NCBI GenBank assembly: GCA_965369655.1
Contig: CBDUQR010000009.1
Location: forward strand, 1 to 64,000
Reading direction: 5' to 3'
DNA from: an uncultured bacterium
Lineage (GTDB): Bacteria; Zixibacteria; MSB-5A5; JAABVY01; JAHJOQ01
Length of the DNA stretch: 64,000 bases
Shown piece by piece: positions 8,326-18,664 of the stretch. Both the position numbers and the translations under genes were made by a program. The notes below the pieces were generated by a model. It searched no databases, had not been told where the DNA came from, and saw only the letters and a list, made by a program, of their open reading frames with translations. Position 1 is the first letter of the stretch. Each line of letters begins with the position of its first letter.

Positions 8326-9636
8326 TTGAGAGTTCCGCTACGGATTCTTGTTACATTGCTACTGCCTGTTCTGATCGGATGCGGTGCGGGCATGTATCAT
8401 CAGGGGAAAAGCGCGCTCGATCGGCAGGACTATGGCGCAGCCATCACTGCCTTCAAGAGTGCACTTGAACGGCAGCCTGACGAGGCGCTGATCTGGCAGC
8501 AACTCGGCATAGCGTATTACAGGACCGACCAGTTTCTGAACGCCGCGAACGCGTTCAAACAGGCGGCGCTTCTCGATTCGGAGGACGACGTCTCCATCCT
8601 GTATCTCGGGTTATCGTATGAGGTTCTCGGCAGGGAAGATGAAGCGCTTCAGGTCTACAGGTCGTATCTGTCGACAATGCCCGAATCGGAGTTGACGAAC
8701 AGGATCAGACGCAGAGTCAGGTATCTTTCCGACTCCATCCTGCGGGATGAGGTGCGCTCGTTGATCGCCGGGGAGGACAGCATTGATGCAGACAGGATCC
8801 CCGGCAATACGATTAGCGTGCTCGGATTCAAGACTGAGAAGATCGATCCTCAATATGCCGCGCTCGGTCGCGGCCTCGCACAGATGTTGATGACCGACCT
8901 TGCCAAAGTCTCCGCGCTGAGAGTGATCGAACGAATGAAGCTGAACGAAATCGCTCGTGAACTCGAACTCTCGTCTTCCGATCTCGCCGACAAGCAGCAT
9001 GCGCCGAGATTGGGCAAACTGCTCGGCGCCGCGACACTTATCACCGGCGACCTGGTGCAGCCTGAGACGGAGGAGTTGTCCGCTGAAGCCGGTGTTATCA
9101 GGACAGCCGAGGGCATCGCGACTTATCCCGAAGGCGCAAGCGGAAAACTCGACCAGTTTTTCGTAATCGAGAAGGAGCTGCTCTACAATATCCTCGATGA
9201 GTTGGGACATACTCCCACCGAAGCCGAGAGGGTGCGTCTCGATTCGATTCCAACTTCATCGTTCCTGTCGTTCCTTGCTTACTCGCGCGGTCTTACATAT
9301 TCGGACGAGGGTATGTACCGGCTGGCAGAGGCGGAATTCAACGCAGCTTTGGCGGAAGACCCCAATTTCAGCGCCGCGGCCAGAGCGAGGGATCAGGTTG
9401 CCGGTCTCGATGGATACACGGGCGAGGTCGAGCCGGGCAGCAGACTTGAAACGGATGTTTACGAGATAGCGCATACCGAAGAGGCAGAACCCGAGAGCGG
9501 GTATGGCCTCGCGGTCACGAGGAGCATACTTGGCTTCCAGCAGGAAGAATCGCTCACGTCGGAGGGCGACAACCCATTCGTATTTCCGAGAGTGAAAGGA
9601 AAGGTTACTGTCAGGGGGACCTTCGATCCCGACTGA
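8326..9636 (+). CDS. TPR lipoprotein with a CsgG/FlgO-like domain
   Basis: Lipobox LIGC, N-terminal TPRs, TISVLGF..LRVIERMKLNEIARELEL..RLGKLLGA. Confidence 0.8.
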   Translation: MRVPLRILVTLLLPVLIGCGAGMYHQGKSALDRQDYGAAITAFKSALERQPDEALIWQQLGIAYYRTDQFLNAANAFKQAALLDSEDDVSILYLGLSYEVLGREDEALQVYRSYLSTMPESELTNRIRRRVRYLSDSILRDEVRSLIAGEDSIDADRIPGNTISVLGFKTEKIDPQYAALGRGLAQMLMTDLAKVSALRVIERMKLNEIARELELSSSDLADKQHAPRLGKLLGAATLITGDLVQPETEELSAEAGVIRTAEGIATYPEGASGKLDQFFVIEKELLYNILDELGHTPTEAERVRLDSIPTSSFLSFLAYSRGLTYSDEGMYRLAEAEFNAALAEDPNFSAAARARDQVAGLDGYTGEVEPGSRLETDVYEIAHTEEAEPESGYGLAVTRSILGFQQEESLTSEGDNPFVFPRVKGKVTVRGTFDPD

Positions 9637-9651
9637 TCGTAGATTTCGATT

Positions 9652-10788
9652 ATGTGTAGCGCTCAAAAACTGATCCTGATGATCGTTCTGGTCTCTTCTA
9701 TACTGACCAGCCACGCCGTATCGCAGGTGAATTACGGCGAACCGCCGTCGATCTCCTCACGGCTGGTCTATCAGACATGGAGCGTGAAGAGCACTTCGGG
9801 CGCGGAGTATGATCTCGTTCAGTGGTACTTCCCGGTTCATGGCTACTTGCCGATCGCAGAGGATTGGGAGATACATGTCACGACTGCGAGTGCGGGAACC
9901 GACAGTGATTCCTCCGGAAACGAAGTTTCTATCACCGGACTCAATGACACTCGAATTTCGGCGCTGCATTCACTGTTCGACAAGTCGCTGCTTGTCGGAA
10001 TTGGGCTGAATCTTCCAACCGGTAAGACAAAACTCGATCCTGAGCAAACGGCTCTTGGGCGATTACTGACTGCTGAGTTTCTCGATCTTCCCGCAAAACG
10101 ATACGGTGAGGGCTTCGGAGTCTATTTCGAAGGGGCCTTCGCACGCCGAATCCATGGTTTTCTGACTGGCGTCGCGATGGGTTACCTTGCGAGCACATCA
10201 TATTCACCGGTGTCGGACGTCGACGACTACAACGCCGGAAACAGACTCACCATATCTGGAAACCTGATGCGCAGTCATTCCTATGGCAGGGCGTACGTGT
10301 ACATCAGACACAACATCTATGGAACCAGTACACAGAACGGTTTTGACGTCCATAAGACAGGTTCGATTACCGAACTCGCGGGTGGTTCGTCGGTGGAAAT
10401 CGACAAGTTCGAGGCAAATGGCGGGCTGCGGCTGCTATTGCGTCGGGCTGATTCAAGGCTTGTTTCCGGCGAACTAAGAAAATTCGAGCAGAATAACTAC
10501 GGCAGCGATTTCCGATTCTTTTCAATTCTCGGTTATCGCATGGAGGATATCGGCAAGGCGTCAATACTGATCGACTACAAGAAAGTCGCGGCGAACCGAT
10601 TCGAGCCGGGCGATGAGGAATACCTGGGCGAATCGAGCCTGTTTGGTATAGGCATTCAGTTTGAGCGCGTGATCGGAGGGCGATACATGCTGGGAGCGAG
10701 CGTCAAGGCGCATTCGGGCTCTGCGGATGACAACAATCTCGATCTTTCCGGCTACGAGGTCTCCCTGATGGCGAGGGCTGCACTATGA
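9652..10788 (+). CDS. Putative outer-membrane beta-barrel protein
   Basis: Signal peptide, alternating amphipathic strands, GIGLNLPTG motif. Confidence 0.65.
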   Translation: MCSAQKLILMIVLVSSILTSHAVSQVNYGEPPSISSRLVYQTWSVKSTSGAEYDLVQWYFPVHGYLPIAEDWEIHVTTASAGTDSDSSGNEVSITGLNDTRISALHSLFDKSLLVGIGLNLPTGKTKLDPEQTALGRLLTAEFLDLPAKRYGEGFGVYFEGAFARRIHGFLTGVAMGYLASTSYSPVSDVDDYNAGNRLTISGNLMRSHSYGRAYVYIRHNIYGTSTQNGFDVHKTGSITELAGGSSVEIDKFEANGGLRLLLRRADSRLVSGELRKFEQNNYGSDFRFFSILGYRMEDIGKASILIDYKKVAANRFEPGDEEYLGESSLFGIGIQFERVIGGRYMLGASVKAHSGSADDNNLDLSGYEVSLMARAAL

Positions 10789-11615
10789 TGTCATCACGCA
10801 AGGTCTTCGCGGTTGTGTTATTGTCAGCGGTATGTTTTCTGTCCTGTTCCAATTCCGTATCCGAGCAGGGATGGACTGTCGAGGTATCGATGAACATATT
10901 TACCCAGAGTTCGTCCATGCTGGTACAGGAGATAGATACTGTCAGACTGCGGGTTTATGCTGCTGATCTGGATACGATTGTGGAGTTTCTGCCGGTGGTA
11001 AAAGGCGTAGTCTCGGCATCTCTCGATATCCCGGCCGGAACCGGCAGGATATTCGAGATGCACGCTTACGATTCTTACGATCCGCCGGGACGGCTGATTT
11101 ATGCCGGTGCCGACACTGTGACGATTGGGCAGGAGATTGGTCAGGAGGTAACGATCGTTCTTCGACCTCAAATACTGCTGATGCGTCTCAGCCCTCGATA
11201 CCAGGAACTTCAGGTCAACGCGAGCGGTGAAATCGATGTCTGGATATTCGAAGTCGATTCGCTGTTTGGTGTTGCGTTCAGGCTAATTTATGATGAAAGC
11301 AATATCCGTATCGACAGTTCGAGAATAGGCAACTTCCTTGGAAATGAAATCACGTCGTATGCTGGGTTCGACGATGAGGAGAACTTGTATGTGGTCAGCA
11401 TGGTGCGCCATGGCCAGGATGGAGTCGGTACCGGCATCTCTGGGGACGGCTGGCTCGCCACGATCTACTTCACGGCGCTTATGCCGGGTGTGGCTGAAAT
11501 CGCACTGGAGATCGCGAGTGACAGGGCGCTGTGCAAACCGGACCTCACGCCTGTAGACCGAATCGAAGATCTCGTCCTCGACGGCGCGACCGTCGAGGTC
11601 AGGGGTGGAGGATGA
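10785..11615 (+). CDS. Lipoprotein with a C-terminal cohesin-like domain
   Basis: Lipobox FLSC; LFGVAFRLIYDE..GNFLG..GISGDGWLATIYFTA..G.AEIAL is cohesin-like. Confidence 0.7.
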   Translation: MMSSRKVFAVVLLSAVCFLSCSNSVSEQGWTVEVSMNIFTQSSSMLVQEIDTVRLRVYAADLDTIVEFLPVVKGVVSASLDIPAGTGRIFEMHAYDSYDPPGRLIYAGADTVTIGQEIGQEVTIVLRPQILLMRLSPRYQELQVNASGEIDVWIFEVDSLFGVAFRLIYDESNIRIDSSRIGNFLGNEITSYAGFDDEENLYVVSMVRHGQDGVGTGISGDGWLATIYFTALMPGVAEIALEIASDRALCKPDLTPVDRIEDLVLDGATVEVRGGG

Positions 11616-14600
11616 TGAGTCGTCTGAGTCAGGATATTCGTGGTGTTATGCGCTGGTATCCCCTGCTTCCCCTTGTCGGGATGCTGCTTCTGCTCGGTTT
11701 CAACACGAGTCGGGGAGCCGAGCCAACTGAAGTCAGTCAGTGGTATGTCTCTGAAAGCGGGTCTGACGATTCGGGTGACGGCTCACAGGGTAATCCGTTC
11801 AAAACTATAATGTACGCAATATCTATGGCTGCGCCGTTCGATACGGTGATCGTGCTGCCCGGCAGATACCTCAGCGACATATACATTGATCACTACAAGT
11901 ACGTCCATCTCAGGAGCGAGAATGGCGCAGAAGTGACGACCATTGACGGAGGCATCTGGTACTATGGAATGTCACCGGACGACAGAGTACTTCTCAGAGG
12001 TTTCAGGATAGTCAACGGTGATCCCGGCATACATGCTACGGATGTCAGTCCTGACATTCTGGAATGCGTAATCGATGGCTGTACCTCTGATGAGTCGAAT
12101 CGGGGAGGCGGCGTAGCGCTCTGGAATTCTTTCGCCACAATCAAAGATTGCTCGATTACCAATTGTACCGCGCTCGGGTTCGGAAGAGGCGGCGGAATAT
12201 ACTTCAATAATTCTGCGCCACGTATCGTCAACTGTCGGATAGTTGGAAACACCGTAATCGCCGGTGATGGTGGAGGGATATACGCGGATTCCACATTCAT
12301 TTCAATTCACAGACCGCTGATAGCCAATTGTGTAATAACCGGGAACGAGTCCACATTGGGCGGAGGAATCTATTCTGTCGGGAATGAACTGATATACAAC
12401 AACCTTGTCGCGGATAACATGGCGTCGGAATCTGGCGCGGGCATATTCATAAAGTATGGTGCGTTTTCTGAGGCTCATAACAATATCATCGCATTCAATC
12501 TCGGCGAAGGCATCGTGTGCGAATCCTCGGTCGATAGCGTGACCGGCTACAACTGTTTCTTTGGAAACGGGGGCGAGGATCTCGGAGGATTATGCCACGA
12601 TCTCGGCGGCAATGTTTTCGCAGACCCGCTCTTTGTCGATTACAGCGCGGGAGACTATCATCTCAAAGCGAACTCTCCCTGCATAAATAGCGGGCTCAAT
12701 CTCGATTCCCTTCCGCCAGTCGACTTCGATGATCAGATCAGGATCATGTGGAATACTGTTGACATTGGACCGGATGAGTACGTCGACTGCACTCTGTCCG
12801 CAGATTTCAGCGCGACTCCGACATCGGGGTGTTCGATGCCGATGACGCAGGTCAAGTTCAATGCTCTGATCGAAGGCTACTACGACAGTCTGTACTGGGA
12901 TTTTGGAGATGGTTCCGATACGGCGGATGTAACTCAGATTTTCCATACATACGATAGCGTCGGCGTCTTCACGGTCAGTTTGCATATTTTCACACCCTGC
13001 ACGACCGCAGTCGTCGTGAAGGAGAACCTGATCGACATCGATGAAGCGCCGACCGCATATTTCTATGTTGACGTCGATTCGGGTTGCGCACCACTCGTCG
13101 TACAGTTCACCGATCTCTCGGACGGCGATCCTAATTCCTGGCACTGGGATTTCGGAGACGAGTATACGTCGGTACTGCCTTCACCGGTACACGAATACAC
13201 GGAAGGCGGAGACTACACAGTGACTCTGACCGTGACAAACAATTGCAACGAAGACATCCTGATTGTCCGGGATCTCATAAAGGTGGGCGGCAACGCCGAA
13301 GTGAACTTCTCGGCGTTGCCGGTTTTCGGAGCCGCCCCACTGACGGTGCAGTTCAGTGACAGCACGGAAAACGATCCGCTCGAATGGATATGGGATTTCG
13401 GTGATGGGTTCACATCGAGCGATCAGAACCCGGTGCATACATATCTGAAACCGGATATCTACGACGTGATGCTCTCCGCTGTAAATACCTGTGGCGTGTA
13501 CGATACGCTGACTCGCGTCGAGTATGTTACCGTTACGGGCTTCGAGGCAGTACTGCTCGACACGACCGACGACAGGTTTATCAAGACTTTCAGTATCCTG
13601 TACGACACCCTCTACGGCTTTTTCAATCGTGATATTCATATCGAGATTGACACAATTGATCTGCCAGAGCGCGGAGGCGTTCACTTCTCGCTCAACAAAC
13701 ATCAGGTCAACGTGTTCGATACTGTTGTCGTAACAGCCTCGCTTTCGGAAGACATGTCTCAAGGTGTTTTTCAGCACTACCTGGTTTCGATCGCTGATGG
13801 CGGCAGACCGGTTGATTCGATGCTGATCGAAATCGAATCGAATCCGATCACGCTCATCTCGGTGAGTGACGACACACTCAGATTCGACTCGACACAGGTG
13901 GGCAACGTATCTGTGGACACTGTCCTGATCCATAACGTGAGTGGTAGTTCGGAGCTGTTCATAAGTTCGATCACGATTCTCGGCTCGGCAGCATTCGATG
14001 TCACATGGTCTCCGGGCACGATATATCACACGTCGTCGATGCTGCTGCCGGTGACATTCACTCCGTCCGATACCGGCGAACATTCGGCCACTATGGAAAT
14101 CGTCTCGGATGATCCGGTAATGCAGGTGATGGAGGTTGCTCTGTCCGGATTGGCTATCCCTGAACGGGTGATGCCCACTGTGATTCACCACGATCCCCCG
14201 AACCTGGCCGTCGATGTACCATTTACCACTGTCGTAGATGTTGATTTCAGCGAGGAGATAGAGTTCGAATCATCGCCTGTTGATCCGCTCGTCATGGTTG
14301 AGAGCGAGATCACCGGTGGTCCTGTTCAGGGCCAACTGGAGTATATCACGAGCGTGCCGGACAGGTGGATACTCAGGTTTATCCCGGACACGCTGTTTAA
14401 GCCGCTTGACCGGATTCGTGTGACGGTGTCCGGGGATGTCATAGACATCGCTGGGAACTCTCTCGACGGCAATCAGAATGGAACGGCAGAGGGATCGCCC
14501 GACGATGACACGACATTTAGTTTCAGAACCGGTCCGGGCGTATATCCGGGAGACGCCAACAACGACGGGGTTGTCAACGAGATCGATGTGCTGCCTATCG

Positions 14601-15214
14601 GTGTGTTCTGGATGATGGAGGGTGCGGAGCGTGAGGGGAACATCTCCGAATGGCGGATGTTCCCAGCCCTGTCGTGGGATTCACTCGGAGCAACTTATGC
14701 CGACTGCGATGGAAATGGAGTCGTCAACGATCTGGATCTGTATCTGATCGGAGTTCACTGGGGACAGACCCATGACCTTGCAAGCCCTGTATTCTCAGAG
14801 GATGGTTACGATCTCAGGAGAAACAGGAGCGCCTTTGAAGCCATGTATCTTTCTATGAGCGGCGCTCCCGACAATGATGTCAACAGGAAAATACGGTCCA
14901 TTCTCAGCAGGTATATCACCGAGGATGTGGAACCGAGCAATTTCATCCTGTCGCAGAATTATCCGAATCCATTCAACCCGACAACCTATATCCAGTACAA
15001 TATGCCGGTCGAATGTCATGTTACGCTGACAATACACAACATACTTGGGCAGACGGTTGCTGTTCTGGTCGATGAATATCAACCGGCAGGATACAAGCGC
15101 GTTTCCTGGAACGGCACGGCGGATTCCGGCGAGAATCTGCCGTCAGGTATCTACTTCTACAGATTGACGGCTGGTGGCTTCTCGCAGGTCGGGAAAATGA
15201 TGATGCTGAGGTAG
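11612..15214 (+). CDS. Large secreted protein: beta-helix, three PKD, Ig-like, dockerin-like and FlgD-Ig/T9SS-type C-terminal domains
   Basis: YVSESGSDDSGDGS..PFKTI, GGGIY repeats, three WDFGD, PGDANNDGVVN..ADCDGNGVVN, QNYPNPFNP..GIYFYRL; ATGA overlap with the upstream gene. Confidence 0.85.
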   Translation: MMSRLSQDIRGVMRWYPLLPLVGMLLLLGFNTSRGAEPTEVSQWYVSESGSDDSGDGSQGNPFKTIMYAISMAAPFDTVIVLPGRYLSDIYIDHYKYVHLRSENGAEVTTIDGGIWYYGMSPDDRVLLRGFRIVNGDPGIHATDVSPDILECVIDGCTSDESNRGGGVALWNSFATIKDCSITNCTALGFGRGGGIYFNNSAPRIVNCRIVGNTVIAGDGGGIYADSTFISIHRPLIANCVITGNESTLGGGIYSVGNELIYNNLVADNMASESGAGIFIKYGAFSEAHNNIIAFNLGEGIVCESSVDSVTGYNCFFGNGGEDLGGLCHDLGGNVFADPLFVDYSAGDYHLKANSPCINSGLNLDSLPPVDFDDQIRIMWNTVDIGPDEYVDCTLSADFSATPTSGCSMPMTQVKFNALIEGYYDSLYWDFGDGSDTADVTQIFHTYDSVGVFTVSLHIFTPCTTAVVVKENLIDIDEAPTAYFYVDVDSGCAPLVVQFTDLSDGDPNSWHWDFGDEYTSVLPSPVHEYTEGGDYTVTLTVTNNCNEDILIVRDLIKVGGNAEVNFSALPVFGAAPLTVQFSDSTENDPLEWIWDFGDGFTSSDQNPVHTYLKPDIYDVMLSAVNTCGVYDTLTRVEYVTVTGFEAVLLDTTDDRFIKTFSILYDTLYGFFNRDIHIEIDTIDLPERGGVHFSLNKHQVNVFDTVVVTASLSEDMSQGVFQHYLVSIADGGRPVDSMLIEIESNPITLISVSDDTLRFDSTQVGNVSVDTVLIHNVSGSSELFISSITILGSAAFDVTWSPGTIYHTSSMLLPVTFTPSDTGEHSATMEIVSDDPVMQVMEVALSGLAIPERVMPTVIHHDPPNLAVDVPFTTVVDVDFSEEIEFESSPVDPLVMVESEITGGPVQGQLEYITSVPDRWILRFIPDTLFKPLDRIRVTVSGDVIDIAGNSLDGNQNGTAEGSPDDDTTFSFRTGPGVYPGDANNDGVVNEIDVLPIGVFWMMEGAEREGNISEWRMFPALSWDSLGATYADCDGNGVVNDLDLYLIGVHWGQTHDLASPVFSEDGYDLRRNRSAFEAMYLSMSGAPDNDVNRKIRSILSRYITEDVEPSNFILSQNYPNPFNPTTYIQYNMPVECHVTLTIHNILGQTVAVLVDEYQPAGYKRVSWNGTADSGENLPSGIYFYRLTAGGFSQVGKMMMLR

Positions 15215-15326
15215 ATTCTGTAGAAACGCACACGATGGAGTATCGTAGATTTGAAGAAGCTTGACGTCACTAGGGAGGTGACCGAAAGAGGTAACGAGAG
15301 TTGAAGTGACTAAAGCGGGGGGATGT

Positions 15327-15581
15327 ATGGACCTCGAACCTCTGCAGGACAAAGTGCTCATTTGCGTCGACTGTAACGAGGAGTTTGTGTTTACGGTTGG
15401 CGCGCAGGAGTACTTCCTTGAGAAAGGGTTCACGGAAGAACCCAAGCGCTGCAAGTCCTGCTACACGCAGCTAAAGAAAGAGAAACGGCAGCAACAGAAG
15501 GTTGCTACACGAAGGACTCACAACGGAAGAAACAGAGTTCCCGTCGCCAATTCTCGCAACGGCAACGCCCGACCTCGGTAG
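15327..15581 (+). CDS. Small zinc-ribbon protein (CxxC..CxxC, zf-trcl-like)
   Basis: DKVLICVDCNEEFVFTVGAQEYFLEKGFTEEPKRCKSC. Confidence 0.85.
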   Translation: MDLEPLQDKVLICVDCNEEFVFTVGAQEYFLEKGFTEEPKRCKSCYTQLKKEKRQQQKVATRRTHNGRNRVPVANSRNGNARPR

Positions 15582-15649
15582 GAAGGGCAAAGCCCGGGCT
15601 TCAGGAAGCAATGCGGACTGAAACCCGGGCTCGTGGCTCGTTGTCTGAT

Positions 15650-17371
15650 TTACTTCAGAAACAACATTTTCTTTGTGCTTGTCTCACCGGTATTGAGCCG
15701 TATCCTGTAGAAGTATATTCCGGCAGGAAGCTCTTCGCCGTTCATGTCTTTGCCGTCCCAGTCGAAGCTATGGAGTCCCGGCGAGTTGATGTGTATTGTT
15801 TCTTCGATGACCTGCTGTCCGAGAATGTTAAGTATCTCGAAAGTTGCGTCGGTCTCCCCATCGACAGAGAAGCCAATAGTTGTCTCGGCGTTGAATGGGT
15901 TCGGGTAATTCTGCGCCAGATCGAACGAATTCTCTGATGGCAGCGACGGTTCATCGTTATCGACGCCTGACGCGAACGAGACAGTGAAGTCAGCGGTCAT
16001 CGTCGGACCTGCCGCTGAGATGTTCGTCACTCCGACAAGTGTGCCCGATCCATTGTATGCGTTCGAGTTCGGATTTGTCAGTGGAGTGAATGTGGTATTG
16101 TTTGAAGTTCCGGGGAACGGATCACCGGCATCGCCCGAACTGGTGTTATTTTCGAGACCCCAGTTGTTGTCGGCTTGCATCAGGGCGACAAGATAGTTGC
16201 CATATCCTGTATGGCCCGGATACCATTCGTTGTCATTAGTCGACTGTGTGTCGTCGATATGCCAGATGAGCAGTCCCTCACCCGGAAGCGCTGTGTCGTA
16301 GCCGGTTTTTCTCCTGTTCTCGACAAGGAAATACTCGTTGCTTGCCCCACCAGACGTCCACAATCTGTAAATTGTTCCTGACGTCTCGACATCGGGAATC
16401 GAAGCGCCGTACATTGTGGATGTCACGTTGGTAGACGTGGCGAATCCGAGTTGTATTCTTGACCAGGCGTCGAAATGTGCCGGGCTGCTGCCGAGGGAGC
16501 CGTTCCACGATCCGCTCGCCATGATGCTCCACTTGCCGACGCCGTTTGACGTATAATCTGTATCGTAGAGGTCCGGCAGCCCGAACACATGACCGAGTTC
16601 GTGGCAGAATACTCCGAGCGTCATATCCGCTGCGACATACCAGTACTCCGGCATCATGCTGTATGTGTAGATATACTTGCCGTCCCTGAGCCTCGGATTG
16701 ATCGACCATTTGTGGGACCAGATGTCATTGACCGAGTGAGTCAGTTCGGCTCCTCTGCCTGTGTGCACTACCATCAGGCCGTCGACATATCCGTCGCTGT
16801 CATTGTCGTAGTTGGAGAAATCGACTACCGCATCGACTGCATCGACAGCGTCCTCGACAAGTTTTTGACAGTTTCGCGGATATGAATAGTAGTTCAGACC
16901 ATGCTCGCCGTTTACGTAGTACGAGTAGGCCTGCGGTGCGAGCGTCCACCCGATTACCGACGGCAGATCGACTGTGACGATATCAAGCTGATTGAACGAC
17001 ACTTCATTGTAGTAGTGCCTTACCGTCCCGACCTGATTGACATAGACGAGTGTGTCGAAATAGGATGCGCCCGTAATGTTCGCCTTGTCTGTGAAACGGA
17101 CGAGAATACAAAGCATGTTCTTTGCCGTAGTTGACGTCGAATGCAGCCACTCCTCGAAGTCGATCTCCGCCGGCTGATTGATGCCGAACTCTCGCCATTG
17201 CTTCTGCAACTCGGCATACTGTTCATTGATCGCAAGGGCGTTCTCCGAGGATGCCTTGTCCGCAGATTCACCCTGGTATGGAGGCATCGAGAGCGCCTCG
17301 CCCGGCAGCAGTGCCCATGTCAGCAGAGCTGCAGACAGGAGCAACAGTGTGACGTGAATGTGATGTTTCAT
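15650..17371 (-). CDS. M6 family (immune inhibitor A-like) metalloprotease with a FlgD-Ig C-terminal domain
   Basis: GVFCHELGHVFGLPDLYD, WSIMASGSW, EYFLVENR, QNYPNPFN. Confidence 0.9.
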   Translation of the reverse strand: MKHHIHVTLLLLSAALLTWALLPGEALSMPPYQGESADKASSENALAINEQYAELQKQWREFGINQPAEIDFEEWLHSTSTTAKNMLCILVRFTDKANITGASYFDTLVYVNQVGTVRHYYNEVSFNQLDIVTVDLPSVIGWTLAPQAYSYYVNGEHGLNYYSYPRNCQKLVEDAVDAVDAVVDFSNYDNDSDGYVDGLMVVHTGRGAELTHSVNDIWSHKWSINPRLRDGKYIYTYSMMPEYWYVAADMTLGVFCHELGHVFGLPDLYDTDYTSNGVGKWSIMASGSWNGSLGSSPAHFDAWSRIQLGFATSTNVTSTMYGASIPDVETSGTIYRLWTSGGASNEYFLVENRRKTGYDTALPGEGLLIWHIDDTQSTNDNEWYPGHTGYGNYLVALMQADNNWGLENNTSSGDAGDPFPGTSNNTTFTPLTNPNSNAYNGSGTLVGVTNISAAGPTMTADFTVSFASGVDNDEPSLPSENSFDLAQNYPNPFNAETTIGFSVDGETDATFEILNILGQQVIEETIHINSPGLHSFDWDGKDMNGEELPAGIYFYRIRLNTGETSTKKMLFLK

Positions 17372-17389
17372 CTCAATTATCCTTCCTGC

Positions 17390-18643
17390 TTAGAATTCTA
17401 TTCCCGATGAGATTGCGAATGAGGCGCCCCTTCCGAGCGAGGGAAGCACCGTTCCCGACGATGCCCACGCGACATCTATGAAGAACGAGGAGAGTCTCAG
17501 GCCGCCGCCGAGAGCCAGCGAAGCGCCGTTGAGTCCTCCGAAGGCCAGCCCCGCTCGCAGCGGCATGAATCCAACGCCTGTATACTCTGTCCCGAACGAG
17601 AGTTCCGGGACCTTGTTGACGCCCGCCTTTTTTGCCAGGCCGATCTTAAGATCAGTTGCGAAGAGGAAATCGCCGCGTGTGTGGGCGGCGCCGAAATTTA
17701 TCTCCGGAGCGAGCGATGTCGAGAACGATCCAATATCACGCTCGATCTCATCAGAGAGCGCTGTGGAGTCGTCGTCCGCGTTTTCGGCGGTCAACGAGAC
17801 AAGTTTGTACGTGTATTCATTTTCTTTGGCGTCGCTATTCCAGTTGATTCTTGAGACCAGGTTTCGGATTCCGGCTGAGAATCTCCAGTCGTTCCGGTAC
17901 GCCGCTGCGGCTCCGACGTCGAGACCGAACCCTGATCCGCCCAGCGCGGACTTGACGATAACTGTGCCGTCACCGTCTATGCCGTCAGCCGCTGTCGTTA
18001 CGTCGCCGGAGGCTTCGGAGACTTCGAAGTAAGCCAGACCTTTGATGTACTTGAAATTGATGCCTGCGGTCATCTCACCCCAGTCAAATTTCTTCAGCTT
18101 GCGACCGTAGGCGAAGTTGATGTCAGCGTGGACGATTCCCTCTGCGTCGGCATCGGTTATCGAGACTGTCTCGCCGATCCGGTTTCCGAAAAATGCCAGT
18201 TCGACAATGTCTTTCGATATGTTTCCCGATCCGGATGCTTCAAGAGTCGTTGACAATGCGAGCGGACCGGCGGAAAACGAGAGCGCCGACACGGCGGAGT
18301 GGCCCCTGAATTCGAGTCCACTCTCCGGTATCTTATCGAGGATATCCGACTTGTCTGATTCCGAAAGGTATGCTCCGTTGTACTTCTTGTAATCGTTTGC
18401 AGAGAATGCGTTGTTGTTGAGCATGGAGCCGAACCCGAAGAGTTGCAGCCTCGGTCCGGGTCTGTTCGACAGAGCAAGGTTCGCGGGATTGATGCCGATC
18501 GCATCATAGCCCTGCGCAACAGCAGAGTAACTGCCGGCCATCCCGATGCCCCTCGCGTCGTCCCAGCCGGTGGCAGAGATGCTGCCAACTGCGACCAGCA
18601 TCATCATGCCTATTGCTCCAACACAGTTCAATATCTTCATCAC
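17390..18643 (-). CDS. Outer-membrane beta-barrel protein (DUF5723 / FadL-TraF-like)
   Basis: DARGIGMAGSY..INPANLA, GFGLDVG, PLRAG, terminal Phe. Confidence 0.75.
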   Translation of the reverse strand: MMKILNCVGAIGMMMLVAVGSISATGWDDARGIGMAGSYSAVAQGYDAIGINPANLALSNRPGPRLQLFGFGSMLNNNAFSANDYKKYNGAYLSESDKSDILDKIPESGLEFRGHSAVSALSFSAGPLALSTTLEASGSGNISKDIVELAFFGNRIGETVSITDADAEGIVHADINFAYGRKLKKFDWGEMTAGINFKYIKGLAYFEVSEASGDVTTAADGIDGDGTVIVKSALGGSGFGLDVGAAAAYRNDWRFSAGIRNLVSRINWNSDAKENEYTYKLVSLTAENADDDSTALSDEIERDIGSFSTSLAPEINFGAAHTRGDFLFATDLKIGLAKKAGVNKVPELSFGTEYTGVGFMPLRAGLAFGGLNGASLALGGGLRLSSFFIDVAWASSGTVLPSLGRGASFAISSGIEF

Positions 18644-18664
18644 AATCCTCCTGACCTCGCAGTA

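Noticed and set aside
7291-9636. Curli biogenesis operon
   Set aside because: CsgG-like domains are present, but no csgA/B-like repeat subunits or csgE/F are recognisable
5145-14191. Long minus-strand ORFs such as 5145-6137, 7438-8172 and 13181-14191
   Set aside because: Antisense shadows of well-supported plus-strand genes
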